A DNA stretch of 64,000 bases from Octopus sinensis. Its lineage: Eukaryota. Under the pieces are notes generated by a model. That model had not been told where the DNA came from. It worked only from the letters and a program-made list of their open reading frames with translations, and ran no database searches. Positions 42,099-54,664 of this stretch are shown one piece after another (within the stretch, counting starts at the first letter, position 1; each line of letters starts with the position of its first letter). Location of the stretch: positions 5,495 through 69,494 of the forward strand of contig NW_021835469.1 of the NCBI RefSeq assembly GCF_006345805.1, in the 5' to 3' direction. Both the position numbers and the translations under genes were made by a program.

Positions 42099-42401
42099 AG
42101 TAACACCAATGTCCGGGTATTAGTGGATACAGCTGTTTCAATCGGCGGCTTCATTTTATCAATCAATGAAAATATTACATCAATTTGAAATAAGGCGCCC
42201 TCCTCGGACGCAGGCGACCATATAGATTTCCAATATTTAGGATATACCATTATATATATATTTTTATTTGGTGTATACTGTATGTTGGAAATCTATATGG
42301 TCTTCTAGTTCCGAAGAAGAGCGGTTCATCTTAAATTGATGTAATGCTTCCATTGATCGATTACATGATGCCGTCTCAAACACCTGCTCATCATTGTTAC
42401 T
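42099..42401. mobile_element. Degenerate foldback element (~130-150-bp arms)
   Basis: Inverted pairs include accatatagatttccaa/ttggaaatctatatggt, attacatcaattt/aaattgatgtaat and agtaac..aatg/cattgttact. Confidence 0.7.
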
Positions 42402-42714
42402 CATTTGGTTTTTATTCACCCACTACGAACTGCGCGGATCATACCAGACTGACTTCGTGCCTCCACCTAATTCAATTGAATCTTAATTATTTCCATTATT
42501 TCCATTATATATATGTATATATATAATGCATGTATATATATATATATACACATATTTATACGATATATATATATATATGATATATATATATATAAATATA
42601 CATATTGCATGTATGTGTATATATGTATATAGTTACACACACATATAATACATATATATATATACACATGCAAATATACATACATACTTGCATATATGCA
42701 TACATATATCCATG

Positions 42715-42930
42715 TCCTTTAAAGCTTAGTGTGTGGTCCTCATGACGGCGAGATCGTGGTTTCGATTCCAACACCGGGTGGTGCGTTGTGTTTATGAGCA
42801 AACCACTTCATCTCACGTTGCTCTGCAATCATTTCGACACATGAAGGGATGTACACCATGCATATGTTCAGGCAATGTCTATTGGATTGGGTGAATGTGC
42901 TAATGTTCAGCTCATACACTTTATCACAAT
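42715..42930 (+). mobile_element. tRNA-derived SINE, degenerate
   Basis: B-box-like gtggtttcgattcc followed by gttgtgtttatgagcaaaccacttcatctcacgttgctc. Confidence 0.6.
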
Positions 42931-43989
42931 ACACATATTATTTGTGGACGTAGTTTGGCGGGGAAACCTGTCGTATCTTCATATATATACATACATGCTC
43001 CCATACATGCAAACGTAAATATATACATGCATGCATACATAGGTAGTAAGTACATGCATACATACATATGCACATGCATACAAACGTGCATACGTGAATT
43101 CATGCAATTTGCTTTACCTTTAGCAAAGAGGAAAATGTGTTCCCCATTTTTGGGTCGTTCTTCAAAGTAGACAAATCCTAAAGTGTACGTCACTATGTTT
43201 CATTAGAAGGAATGCTCAGTCGATATCTCCTATTAAGCATGTCTGTTTCACAATTAATGCTTACAAATGACTAGTATTCTCTACAATTTTTGTTATGTTC
43301 TTCATCATAAGATTGATAATCCTGTAATATATACGTCATTTGCTTTATAATGTCCAGGTTTGGTTGTTTCTATCGTGGACTACTGCTTGTCGATTTCTTA
43401 GCAGATTTGGTTCAAGAAACCTCTTGAATATCCTACCATTTACATTAATAACAGAAAGATATACAAATTTGTGATTGTCGGTTCGCCCTAGTTGACTATT
43501 AATGTAACATCCAATAGCGAGAAATATTCACAACAAAACTACATAACTACAGAGAAATATTAGAAGATTGAGCACTTCATGTAAATTTAGTGGCTGAAAT
43601 TTGCTATCATATAACACTTGGAGAAATATTTACTTTAATAAGCAGTGCTTAAGCACCTGGAGGGCTGACACACGTTCCTACCCAGCCCAAAGCTGCATTC
43701 ATTTTTCCATGTTGACAATCTCATAAATTTCTATCCCATGAAACAAAGTCCTTCGCTTCCATGTATTCGTAGATAAATTGAACTTCTAATCATATGGCGT
43801 TCTGCCTGCTTCTGTCAGAGAATATACCCGTTCAGTCATCTTAATTTTTGTATTCATACGTTTGTTATTTAGAGTACATAACTCACTATTTCTTATTCAC
43901 TGTGATCTTTTTTACCCTGAATAGCGTATTTTCGAGAGGTAGCGAGAAGGACACTAACAGAAAAACTTCCTTGTTTTCTTGCCCTACAA

Positions 43990-44988
43990 GGAATGTGGTA
44001 TAAAATGAGCAGTGGCGTGCCTCAAGGTTCAGTGCTTGGGCCCTTGTTGTTCTTAGTCTTCATAAATGACTTGCCCGACGACCTCACGCAACACACCCTT
44101 CTATTTGCCGACGATGTCAAACTGGTCGCTCCTCGCGGTAATATAGAGGATCTTCGTCGATGCCTCCACCAAATTTGGAAGTGGTCTAACAATTGGGACC
44201 TGTGTCTGAACGTGTCAAAGTGCTGTCATCTGCTTGTTGGCTCTCCTCCTGCAACTCAACTTGATTTCGAGCCGGGCCGTCTGCTGCTGGAGAGGACCGA
44301 TCAGGTAAAGGACCTAGGTATCTTGGTGTACTCCTCCTTTTCGCCTTCGGCCCAGTGCGTCCATGCTGCCAACAAAGCACGCGGAATTCTGTTCTTGATT
44401 CGACGGTCATTCGGAATGCTCACAGCAGCCATATTCCTACCACTCTATGTCACGCTGGTGAGACCCATATTGGAGTATGGGATTCAAGCCTCTTCTCCTT
44501 ATCTCCTCAAAGACATACAGCATCTCGAAAGAGTCCAGAAGCTGGCTACCCGCATGGTTCATGGTCTCAAAAATTTGTCCTACGAAGAAAGGCTGAGGAC
44601 GCTCGACCTTTATTCTCTTGAAAAACGCCGCCGCCGTGGTGATCTCATTCTCGCCCACAACATCATAAGCGGAAAGTGTAACCTCTCGAAAGAGCCGTTC
44701 TTCACTCCTGCTCCAGAGCGTCGGCTGCGGGGTCATTCCGAAAAGCTCTATCTGCGACGATTTCATCTCAATCGAAGGAGAGGAGCTTTCTCCGTCCGGG
44801 TTGCGGATCCGTGGAACAAGCTGCCAGACGAGATGGTGAAGATGCCGACGACCGTTTTGTTCAAAGCATCCCTTGACCTCATGTGGCCTGAACTCTTTAC
44901 AAGAACACCACCCTGTACTTAACTCCATGTCCCCCTACATGGCCTTGCTATTTGCTTTTGAGCCAAATTAACTAACTAACTAACTAAG
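43990..44988 (+). mobile_element. CR1-clade LINE 3' fragment with an uninterrupted 309-aa RT C-terminal frame and (TAAC)n tail
   Basis: Reads SGVPQGSVLGPLLFLVFIND, LFADDVKL, YEERLRTLDLYSLEKRRRRGDLI and FSVRVADPWNKLP. The tail taactaactaactaactaa lies at ~44969-44987. Confidence 0.92.
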
Positions 44989-45612
44989 TTTTCTGCGCTG
45001 ATATTTTAACCGCGCCGTGTCGTCATATTCCTCGATTATATTCTATCGAATGTATTTTACTCAAAAACATCATCTATTTTTTATTATTTCACCCAAAATA
45101 AGTAACAGATATCTTGCTAAGAATATTACAGATGCCGATTATTCAGACTGTCTAGTATTAAACAGTTAGCATACGTAAGTAGGTAATATCTCTCTGCATG
45201 TTCTGGAGATAAACTCCAATGAATATATACCATTTATCATCGTTTCTATAGCAGATGTGCTTTAAGACCAAGGCGGGAATGGACGCTAATGCTCTTTCTA
45301 TAGAGGAGAAATCACAAAATTTGGGTATTGCGAATACCTTAAAAGAAATATCTCTAAATCCATGACTGTTATGAGAATCTGGATTAATGAAGGATGCATA
45401 GCGCTTAAATGTTTGTAAATGATATAGAAATCTAATTTTGCATTAAAAGAAAATGAAATAGAACCACTTCAGAGCAGGAGGCTCATCAAAATTAGTTTAT
45501 GGTTGTAAAACATGGACACTTACCTGAAAAAGTTTCTGTACAGTTCGTAGACCAAATTTTCCATCCTATGCAAACCCTAGCATTACTAACAATGATACAC
45601 CATGACATACTA

Positions 45613-46753
45613 TCAGGTCATTAAGACTGAAATGTCCGATTTTCTTATGCGCGATGTTTGAGTCTTAGCTCTAATGTTCATACTAACAATTCTTTGACAC
45701 TTTTCGAAATACAATTCATGTTGCCTGATTATATTGAGAGTTTTCTATTGTAAATCAATTTTTGTGAACCCAAGGAGAGACCAAAAATTCGTGTTATGAA
45801 TATAAGTTCCGTCGTGGAACTAATGCATACCAGACAGCCCAAAACATCAATGAGTTGTTTGGTGAAGATGTGGCGAATGAGTGCACTGTACGTCGATTGT
45901 TTGAAAGGCTCCTGTCTGGTGAATTTACTCTTGAGATCAGCCCCGTGGTAGACCTCAAACTAATGTGGATAATGATGAGTTGGAAACTGTATTAGAAGCG
46001 GATACATCCCAAACTACGCGTTTGTTAGCAGCAAGGTTTGATGTTTCGATTCCAACTATATTGGGCCATTTGAAACAAATCGACAAGGTAAAGTAGCTAG
46101 AGAATTGAGTACCATTCGAACTGAACAAGTATCAAATGATACGTCGTCTTGAAACTTGCTGTTCCTTGCTGTCACATCATAAAAACGAACCTTTTTGTAT
46201 CGTATCGTTACGTGTGATGAAAAATGTGTTCTTTTGGATAGAAAGGAGGTGTCAAAACACAATTTAAAATAATGATGGTGTCTGTTTGGTGGTCCAGCGC
46301 TGGTGTCATCCATTACCACTTCATGAGACCTGGTAAGTCAATTACAGTGGATGTATACCTCAACCAATGGGATGAAATGATGGGTGAACTTGCAATTAAA
46401 CCGCCAAGATTGGTCAATAGAGACAGGCCAAATCTCTTGCAAGACAATGCACGATTAAATATTGCACAAGATCGCTACTTCTACATATTCTCCAGACCTT
46501 ACACCAAAGAACTATAACGTTTTCCAAGGAAAAACCTTCAAATCTGAAGAAGTTACAAACGTAGCCTTTCGTGATTTCATCACTTCTTGCACTTCAGATT
46601 TCTTCAATGCCGGTATAAATAAGCTATCGATAAAACGACAAAATTGTGTTTGTAATTTAGGTGCATACTTTGATTAACTGCATTGGTTTTTGTTGAGATA
46701 GAGCAAAATAAGCTTTCGGTTGAAAATCGGACATTTCATTCTTAATGACCTGA
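45613..46753 (+). mobile_element. Near full-length Mariner with 31-bp TIRs and TA target duplication; transposase degenerate
   Basis: TIR tcaggtcattaagactgaaatgtccgatttt has 1 mismatch to the right end; TA at 45611-12 and 46754-55. Reads RIVTCDEKCV, MMVSVWWSSAGVIHY..LLQDNAR and YSPDLTP. Confidence 0.92.
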
Positions 46754-47237
46754 TATGTCACGCAGAGACAATACCAAATCACAGATTAAGATTTTATTCA
46801 TTGCTGGCGTGTTAAAGACAAGGCTGCATCTCAAGAGTTACTGTGGTGCTTTCCCATGATAAGTAGTGAAGAGAAAGAAATCAGTAGGAAACATTAGTAA
46901 CTGCTAGAAAACAAGATACGCTCATCATACGCTATAAAGAGTGCAACGAATAACACTGAGGAATGAAAGTGATGTGTCAAGAATGCCAACTAATTTTCGA
47001 TTCAGTAACTTACACACACACATCCTAACCACATAAACACACACGCACACACACATACAGAAACATAGAGGAACACACAGACACACACACGTACACACAG
47101 ACACACCACACCACACCACACCACACACATACACACCACACCACACACTTATATATAATATACAAGCTTCGGCTGCGTTGTCAAAGAACATGTCTTATAG
47201 AATATTTGTGTGCGTTGTGATAAGTATGTAAGTATGA

Positions 47238-47340
47238 TGAAGCACGGGCTAATGATTAGCGTGTTCAACTCACGATAGTAAGCAAGATCATTGTTTCGAT
47301 TCCCGAACCAGAGGTTGCTTTCTGTTCTTGCCTGTTATGC
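47238..47340 (+). mobile_element. SINE head remnant
   Basis: ggctaatgattagcgtgttcaactcacgat..gtttcgattcccgaacc resembles tRNA-derived A/B boxes. Confidence 0.45.
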
Positions 47341-49569
47341 TGCTCTACGATAACTTCAACATCTGACATATCGCACACCGTACAGGGAATGTAATTTTGA
47401 TAGAGGTAGGAAGCTACTGTAGAGCACAAATATTTAATCACTATAAGCATATCATCGGTGCAGCTATCCAGAACCTCCACCTGCCGTTTACGAGAAGAAA
47501 ATACACCCAATATAATTATATGCGTTTGTGTCTCTACGCCTGTGTCTTTCGTCCAGTGTATAGAAAAACAGCGTGACAAAAATATCAACCTTATATCTTA
47601 TATGTTTGTCGTAAAGGTTTTCAAGTATTCCATTAAGGCATTGTACTCTGCACAGTTTGATAAACATATATATTGCCTCCATATATTTAAGAGAACGAAA
47701 TCAATAAGAATTACAGTGGTTTAATATTCATGAATATATGCTAAGGCAAAATATACTTAGTCAATTGTTTTCAAGATACGTTTGTATATTTATAGAGAAA
47801 TGTTGATGTATGAAATAGTATGTTTAACAAAAATATATAAAGTCCTGATAAAATATGAGTTTTTTTAAATATTTTGAATTGTATAAATTACTAAAGAAAT
47901 ACATATCAATGCATACGCAGGCATGCATACATTGAAAAACACAGTCACACAACATAGTCACCCACACATACTCATACACAAGCTCAAATACCCCTACACA
48001 CATAATTTTAAATAATTTTGTCTTGTGTTGTAAGCAAATATATATTGTGTATAAATATATTGAAATTATGAAAATCTGCTTAAAACGATTATAATGAATA
48101 ACAAATTCAATCGAAACGTAACCGTTAGGTGAAGATGCCCGTTTTGACGATGCCCGTGTTTCTATACAGAGGCAATTTCGTTAGCTTTGCTCCAGTTCAT
48201 TCAGCTGAATAAGAGTATCATAGGTGGCAGAAAACTGAACGTATGACGGCCTGACGGTTTTGATATGCACTCCCACCGAATGCAAACCTGTCTCAGTTTA
48301 GCCGCATTTGATTATGGACATACGCGTGGCCAAGACATCGAGAGACAAAAAAAGAAACTTGCATAAAAATGAAATAAAATCAATGAACTCTTTTAACATC
48401 TGTAAAACGAAGTGTTAAACATCAATATATCGAAGAGCTGAATAATAAAATTACATATATTTTCAAAAATATTTTTTATATCATTATATTTTATTTATGA
48501 TGCAAGAGAATTGGAGGAATTAAAATCAATCCATGAAATTACCCCTAAGAAAATTGTTTCAGAGCAACAGTAAAATGAATCTGTTATTCATGTATATATT
48601 AATATATTAATATAACTGTCTTTTAAAAGCTAACATTAAAATTCCTACAAAAAGCATTCTTGACATTGCAACAACTAGATATGGAGAGCCTGTTCTACGT
48701 CGCTTCATTTATAGACAGAGCTTACAAAAACACACGCGTACACACATACACACATACACAAGCATATGCACATGCACATGTATGCTTATTAGCAAGGACA
48801 ATAGAGTGACGAACAAGTTATATTGCATAATATTACAATTGTTTTATCGACATTTTAACAGAACAATTATTGCTGAAATGTTATTATACACGAGATAAAT
48901 CACAGCAACAGTATTAATTTAGAATTACTGGATCATATCACTTCTTAAGTTAATACCTATATTGAATGTGTTTCTTTCTACGTGTGCACGCGTGCACGCG
49001 TGTGCACATGTGTAATAGTTTGATTGTGCTTGTAAGCCTTGAAGTGTGTGCGTGAGTGAGTTGGTGTGTGTTTGGTAAAAACTTCATGTGCGTGTTTGAG
49101 TGAGTTGTTCTGTGTACATGTGAGTTTTTAGGTCGAGGCTATATCTATATATATATTTATATATATGGTTTTGTTTCAGTGTACCTATGTTTCGATGAAC
49201 ACTTGAAAACACACCTTGCAAGCGAACTCAATTCATTTACAAAAAGGGAAAACATATTCCATGCTAGGATACTGAGATATTTATAAACTGTGCGGATCTA
49301 AACTGAAATACCGTCCATACCAATCAATTTCGAGTTTGGTTTGGACTTTTAAACTACTTCAAATGTATATTACATCCATATATATTTATATGCATCCATG
49401 TATCTATGTATGTACACACACCCACACACACATACATACATACATGCATACATACATACATACATACATACAAACATACATACATACATACATACATACA
49501 CACACAAATATATATATTCTAGTTTCACCTCAAAAGTGTGGCTATGCTGGAGCACTGCCGTTTTGCTAC

Positions 49570-50560
49570 ACTGTTATGATTGAGATCTTCCTCTAATATG
49601 CGTCATTTGGTAAATAATGGAGTTTGATGTCGCTACCCTCATTTGCGCATTATGTGGCGGGGTGGGTACATCTGAGACTCTCGGCAGGAACATGTCAAGT
49701 TTTGATTTGAAAACACCTACATCCAATTTGTATAGGTCCCTCAGGCTCTTTGGGAGAATATTAAAAAGATGTGGGCCCGTGAAACTTAGGCTATTGCAAT
49801 AACTGGTCCTGAAGCGCGATGGCATTGATTGAATCATTAGCATCGTTCTGGCATTTGTGTAGCTTTCAATAATAAAATAGAGCACAATTAATTCCAGGAT
49901 CTTCCAGATGTATATTACTGCATACTCCTCCTGCCTTCGTTCCGGATAGTAGAATCTTAGCAGATTCAGCCTTTCCCAGTAGCTGTTGCAATGAGACGAT
50001 CTTCTCTGTGAAGTTTCGCTGGATTTCTTGAAGGTCCAACTATAATTTTACACTGTCGGGTGAGCATAGCTGAGAGCAGCAATCCAGACGGCGGAGGACA
50101 ACCTTCCTCTAGGCGACCATCATCGTTTCTTTCTCTCTGGTTCTGAACGTTCTCAGGGTCCAACCAGCTAGTCATCTGCACTTTGTCGCCATCCTGGTAA
50201 TGTTCACTTGGAAAGAGGTATCCTCACTCATGTCGATACCCAGGTCCAGCTCTGATTTAGACTAGTGTACCTTGTACGTTCTATATTACGTTTTGGACGC
50301 TGGAAGTGCATGGCTTGGAATTAAAGTGCTTATTATTGACCTCAAATCATCTGTAATTTGAGTTCAACTCCTGCTGTAGGTGTGCAACTTCGCTGGGGTT
50401 GTGTATTTTCTGCGAGACTTTCGTAACGTCTGCGTAGCTAGCAAGAATGGCGATCCGGGCATATCTGAGGAAGCTACTATGAAAAACAGTGGTCCCAAGA
50501 CAGTGGCATGTAGAATACCACTCACTATCTGCGTTTACTTTGGCCACTACTGCCTGGTAT
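49570..50560 (-). mobile_element. CR1-like LINE 3' fragment, degenerate
   Basis: Reads [30 protein letters not shown] and C-terminal YCNSLSFTGPHLFNILPKSLRDL..FKSKLDMFL. Confidence 0.8.
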
Positions 50561-50578
50561 CTATCTTCCAGAGAGTCC

Positions 50579-50627
<49 letters not shown>

Positions 50628-50679
50628 TCTTTTACTCTTTTACTTGTTTCAGCCATCCGGCTGAGGCCATGCTGGGGCA

Positions 50680-50778
<99 letters not shown>

Positions 50779-50950
50779 TGTGTTTTGCTAGAAAGAGGTA
50801 GAAACTGATATCAGTCCGAGATGTAAAGTTATTGGTAAATGTTTTCGATTTTTCACTCTCGATAAATTTATCCCCTTTTTGTGTCCCCAGCACTTGACAT
50901 CATTATTTAGGAGCCCTTAATTATATTTCTACATGAATAATAGTTTTCTA

Positions 50951-51270
50951 TTAGCTATTTGATACAGAAACTGTATCCATATAACCTTCGAATAAGGGTG
51001 GTCAGTCGCTCCACACTACTTGATCGACAGCTACAGACGCATTTCGGGGTATTGCCCCTTGTCAATGTAGCGTAGTCAGACCAGTAGGTGTCGCTTCCGA
51101 CTATCTCTGTTCGAAGGTTTTATTTACCTAGTTTCGGTGGAATACATCCACTTGTTTTCAATAATAGAAATATTAAAATTACTAAGTCTCTCTAAAAGAG
51201 AACACCGCACTAATATATGATATATTTGTTCGAAGGTTATATGGATACAGTTTGTTTATCAAATAGCTAA
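50951..51270. mobile_element. 320-bp non-coding element with 42-bp terminal inverted repeats, enclosing hammerhead motifs
   Basis: ttagctatttgatacagaaactgtatccatataaccttcgaa (50951-50992) matches the reverse complement of 51229-51270 with 2 mismatches. Confidence 0.8.
51030..51071 (-). ncRNA. Minimal type-I hammerhead ribozyme motif, U3-A8 core variant
   Basis: Minus strand reads gctaca-TTGACAA-gggg(caata)cccc-GAAA-TGCG-TC-tgtagc, with a perfect 6-bp helix I and 4-bp helix II. Confidence 0.75.
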
Positions 51271-51533
51271 CTTAAGGCGATGGCCTCATGGAGCTAATAA
51301 GCGGACAGCTTTATTCTTATTTTTATAAGAATGCCATATTAGTATGGCGATAACTATTAATTTCCAGGAACGCTTACAAAAACACACGCGTACACACATA
51401 CACACATACACAAGCATATGCACATGCACATGTATGCTTATTAGCAAGGACAATAGAGTGACGAACAAGTTATATTGCATAATATTACAATTGTTTTATC
51501 GACATTTTAACAGAACAATTATTAGCAAGGACA

Positions 51534-51564
<31 letters not shown>

Positions 51565-51636
51565 CATACACACATACATACATACATACACTCAATTCTA
51601 TCTCTCTCTGAATATATATATATGTATAAATATATA

Positions 51637-51919
51637 TCACCGTGATCATCGTGACTGACCAGGCTATCAGATGTTGTTACAAATCGCTGGTCACAATGCG
51701 CTTCGCATTGTTTTAGCCTTCAAATGACGCTAAGCGAGCAGGCCAACAGTAGAAAGAGTGAGAGAAAGTTGTGGCGAAAGAGTACAGCAGGGATCGCCGG
51801 AGCCTCGTGGAGCTTTAGGTGTTTTCGTTCAATAAACACTCACAACGCCCGGTCTGGGAATCGAAACCGCGATCCCACGACCGCGAGTCCGCTGCCCTAA
51901 CCACTGGGCCATTGCGCCT

Positions 51920-51921
<2 letters not shown>
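51637..51921 (-). mobile_element. tRNA(Arg)-like-headed SINE, well-preserved head
   Basis: Minus strand reads ggaggcgcaaTGGCCCAGTGGttagggcagcggacTCGcggtcgtgggatcgcGGTTTCGATTCCcagacc, followed by a non-tRNA body. Confidence 0.85.
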
Positions 51922-51964
<43 letters not shown>

Positions 51965-51974
51965 GATATATAGA

Positions 51975-52874
51975 CAAAATAGAGACAGATATCTACTATA
52001 AACCGAGAGACTCTAAACAGTACCTACCCTTTGATTCATGCCACCCACGACACACTGGAATGAATGTCCCTTTTTGTTTAGCTAGAAGGATTTGCACCAT
52101 AATATCAGACACAAACACCCGACACACACGTCTCCAGGAACTTAGAACCACACTCACAAATAGAAACTATCCACAGCCCCTAATAGACAGTGCAATCCAA
52201 CGGGTACTTAAATTAAGTATAGAAGACCTGAGACAAACAAAACCAAAAAAGAAAGAACAATTAAAAACCCTTCCCTACATCTCTACACACAACCCACTCA
52301 ACACCATACTACAAAGCACAGTCCTACTAAAGGGAGACCCAAAGATGAACCGGATCCTCGAAACACACACCATCATTAAAAGTAAACGGCAACCAAAATC
52401 CTTGAAAAGGATTTTAACCCAAGCTACACTGCACTCAACATCAACCACAAAACCAGCAGTTAGAAACTGTGGAAGGCCCAACTGCGGAATCTGTGTCATC
52501 TTGAAAGAAGGATCAGAATTTATACTGGAACAAGGCCACCAGTTCACCATTAGAACAAACTTCACCTGCGCATCAGAAAACTTAATTTACGTCATAACAT
52601 GCGCAGGCTTCAATAGGCAGTATATAGGCCATACAAAAAATAGCTTACGTAACAGGATGGCGGTGCATAATCACAAATTAGAAACCCTGATTACCGCAAA
52701 ATACCGGTCAGCGGACACATAGATAGATGTGCTGGAAATGTAAATCCGAAATTTACAACTAACCCGCTCTATAAATTCAGTGACAACGCAACCTTCACAC
52801 AACGCCAAAATAAAGAACTATATTTCATAAAAAAATTTAGACCAAGTTTAAACACCCTGGGCCAGGAATACTAA
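51975..52874 (+). mobile_element. Penelope-like element ORF C-terminus (thumb, Cys linker, GIY-YIG), one frameshift
   Basis: Reads TDIYYKPRDSKQYLPFDSCHP, RNYP, CGRPNCGIC and NLIYVITC..QYIGHTKNSLRNRMAVH, then after a frameshift QNKELYFIKKFRPSLN. Confidence 0.92.
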
Positions 52875-53042
52875 AACAAAAGATAAGTCCTCCGAAAAGG
52901 AGAACCAAATTTCACCACGGCCGCTACTTCAAACAGACACTCACTCTGACGGAAATATGCCTTAGTAAAAAAGGAAAAAAATTCTTTCGTGCAAATCTGA
53001 CCCTGATACATACGATACAGCTAAGGGTCAGACCCGATTCTG

Positions 53043-53410
53043 ATTGGTCAACAAGTTGATGACGTCTAGCTCTGCTAGAATGGACAGGATACAAACAGGG
53101 GACAGTCATTAGTCAGAATATTGATGACGTCCTTTTCTGCTTGAATAGTCACCTAACAAGTACAGACAGGGGGCAGATCTAATGTAGCTATAAGTCGTGA
53201 TTGGGCAGAATCTGGATGACGTCCCGCTATGCTTGACTAACGAAGCGACTGGTCAAGACAGGAAACAAACAGAGGGAGTTATAATGCAGCGATTGGTCAA
53301 AATAATGATGACGTCCCGTTCCACTGGTTAAAGCCACCTAACGAAACGATTGGTCAAAACATTGATGACGTCACGCTACGCTAGATTGACCACCTAACAG
53401 CATTATAAAA
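53043..53410 (+). promoter_or_regulatory. Five ATTGG(CCAAT)-TGACGTC(CRE) units followed by TATAAAA; putative PLE pseudo-LTR promoter
   Basis: ATTGG or ATTAG at 53043, 53108, 53200, 53292 and 53349; TGACGTC at 53060, 53125, 53217, 53309 and 53366; TATAAAA at 53404. Confidence 0.6.
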
Positions 53411-53834
53411 CTGAGCATTTCACAAAAACTCACTAGAACCACCCAGCGAACTTCCACCATGGGTCATCACAATTGCTTAAGGTAAAAATGAATTCCTCGC
53501 TCTTTCGGAAACATCAATCTTCTGTATTGACCGCTTTCCACCACTTTGATCTGTTGTTTGTATTGAATACGTATCGCCACCGTGGGTCACTGCATCGAAC
53601 ACTTTGAACATATACTTCAAACTATATATCAACTATACATGAACTATATATCAACTATACATGAACTCTAAGATGTCTGACTCCGTTGTGTATTATAAAT
53701 GAATTTCTTGTGTTTGACGGCATGAGCTGTCTCTTTTTATATATAACTTTTTTTGATAAGGTTCATTTCAGGAACTGAAACATGTTATAATGTATATATA
53801 AAAATTAAAAATTGTATAATACAGCAGCATTTTC

Positions 53835-54051
<217 letters not shown>

Positions 54052-54097
54052 AAACAAGTAAAAAATAGAAAATGCTAAAATAATTTCATAGTGAACA

Positions 54098-54141
54098 TTT
54101 CAGTACCGGTTTCGGTCATTTTGAGACCTTTTCAACTGTAA
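54098..54141 (-). ncRNA. Minimal type-I hammerhead ribozyme motif, U3-A8 variant (left arm)
   Basis: Minus strand reads ttacag-TTGAAAA-ggtc(tcaaaat)gacc-GAAA-CCGG-TA-ctgaaa. Confidence 0.72.
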
Positions 54142-54373
54142 TGATTAAATAATTAAATTTAGAAAAATTAGAAGAAAAGTTTTTTAAAAGAATATTTCTA
54201 TAGTAGTGTTCAGATTTAAGTGGCATTCTGCCTTTCTCTGACTCCCTTGTTTGCACTTGTGTTTCGAACACGAGTCAGAGAAAGGCAGAATGCCACTAAA
54301 TCTGAACACTACTATAGAAATATTCTTTTAAAAAAACTTTTCTTCTAATTTTTCTAAATTTTATTATTAATCA

Positions 54374-54417
54374 TTACAGTTGAAAAGGTCTCAAAATGAC
54401 CGAAACCGGTACTGAAA
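54374..54417 (+). ncRNA. Minimal type-I hammerhead ribozyme motif, U3-A8 variant (right arm)
   Basis: Plus strand reads ttacag-TTGAAAA-ggtc(tcaaaat)gacc-GAAA-CCGG-TA-ctgaaa, identical to the left-arm motif. Confidence 0.72.
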
Positions 54418-54540
54418 TGTTCACTATAAAATTATTTAGCATTTTCTATTTTTTACTTGTTTTTTCATATATATCAACTCGTGTGTTCCTTTTCACCCTT
54501 ATACATACATATATATATATATATATATAATATATATATA

Positions 54541-54664
<124 letters not shown>

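Noticed and set aside
51850-51921. tRNA-Arg gene
   Set aside because: The acceptor stem does not close and the sequence continues into a SINE body, so it is a SINE head.
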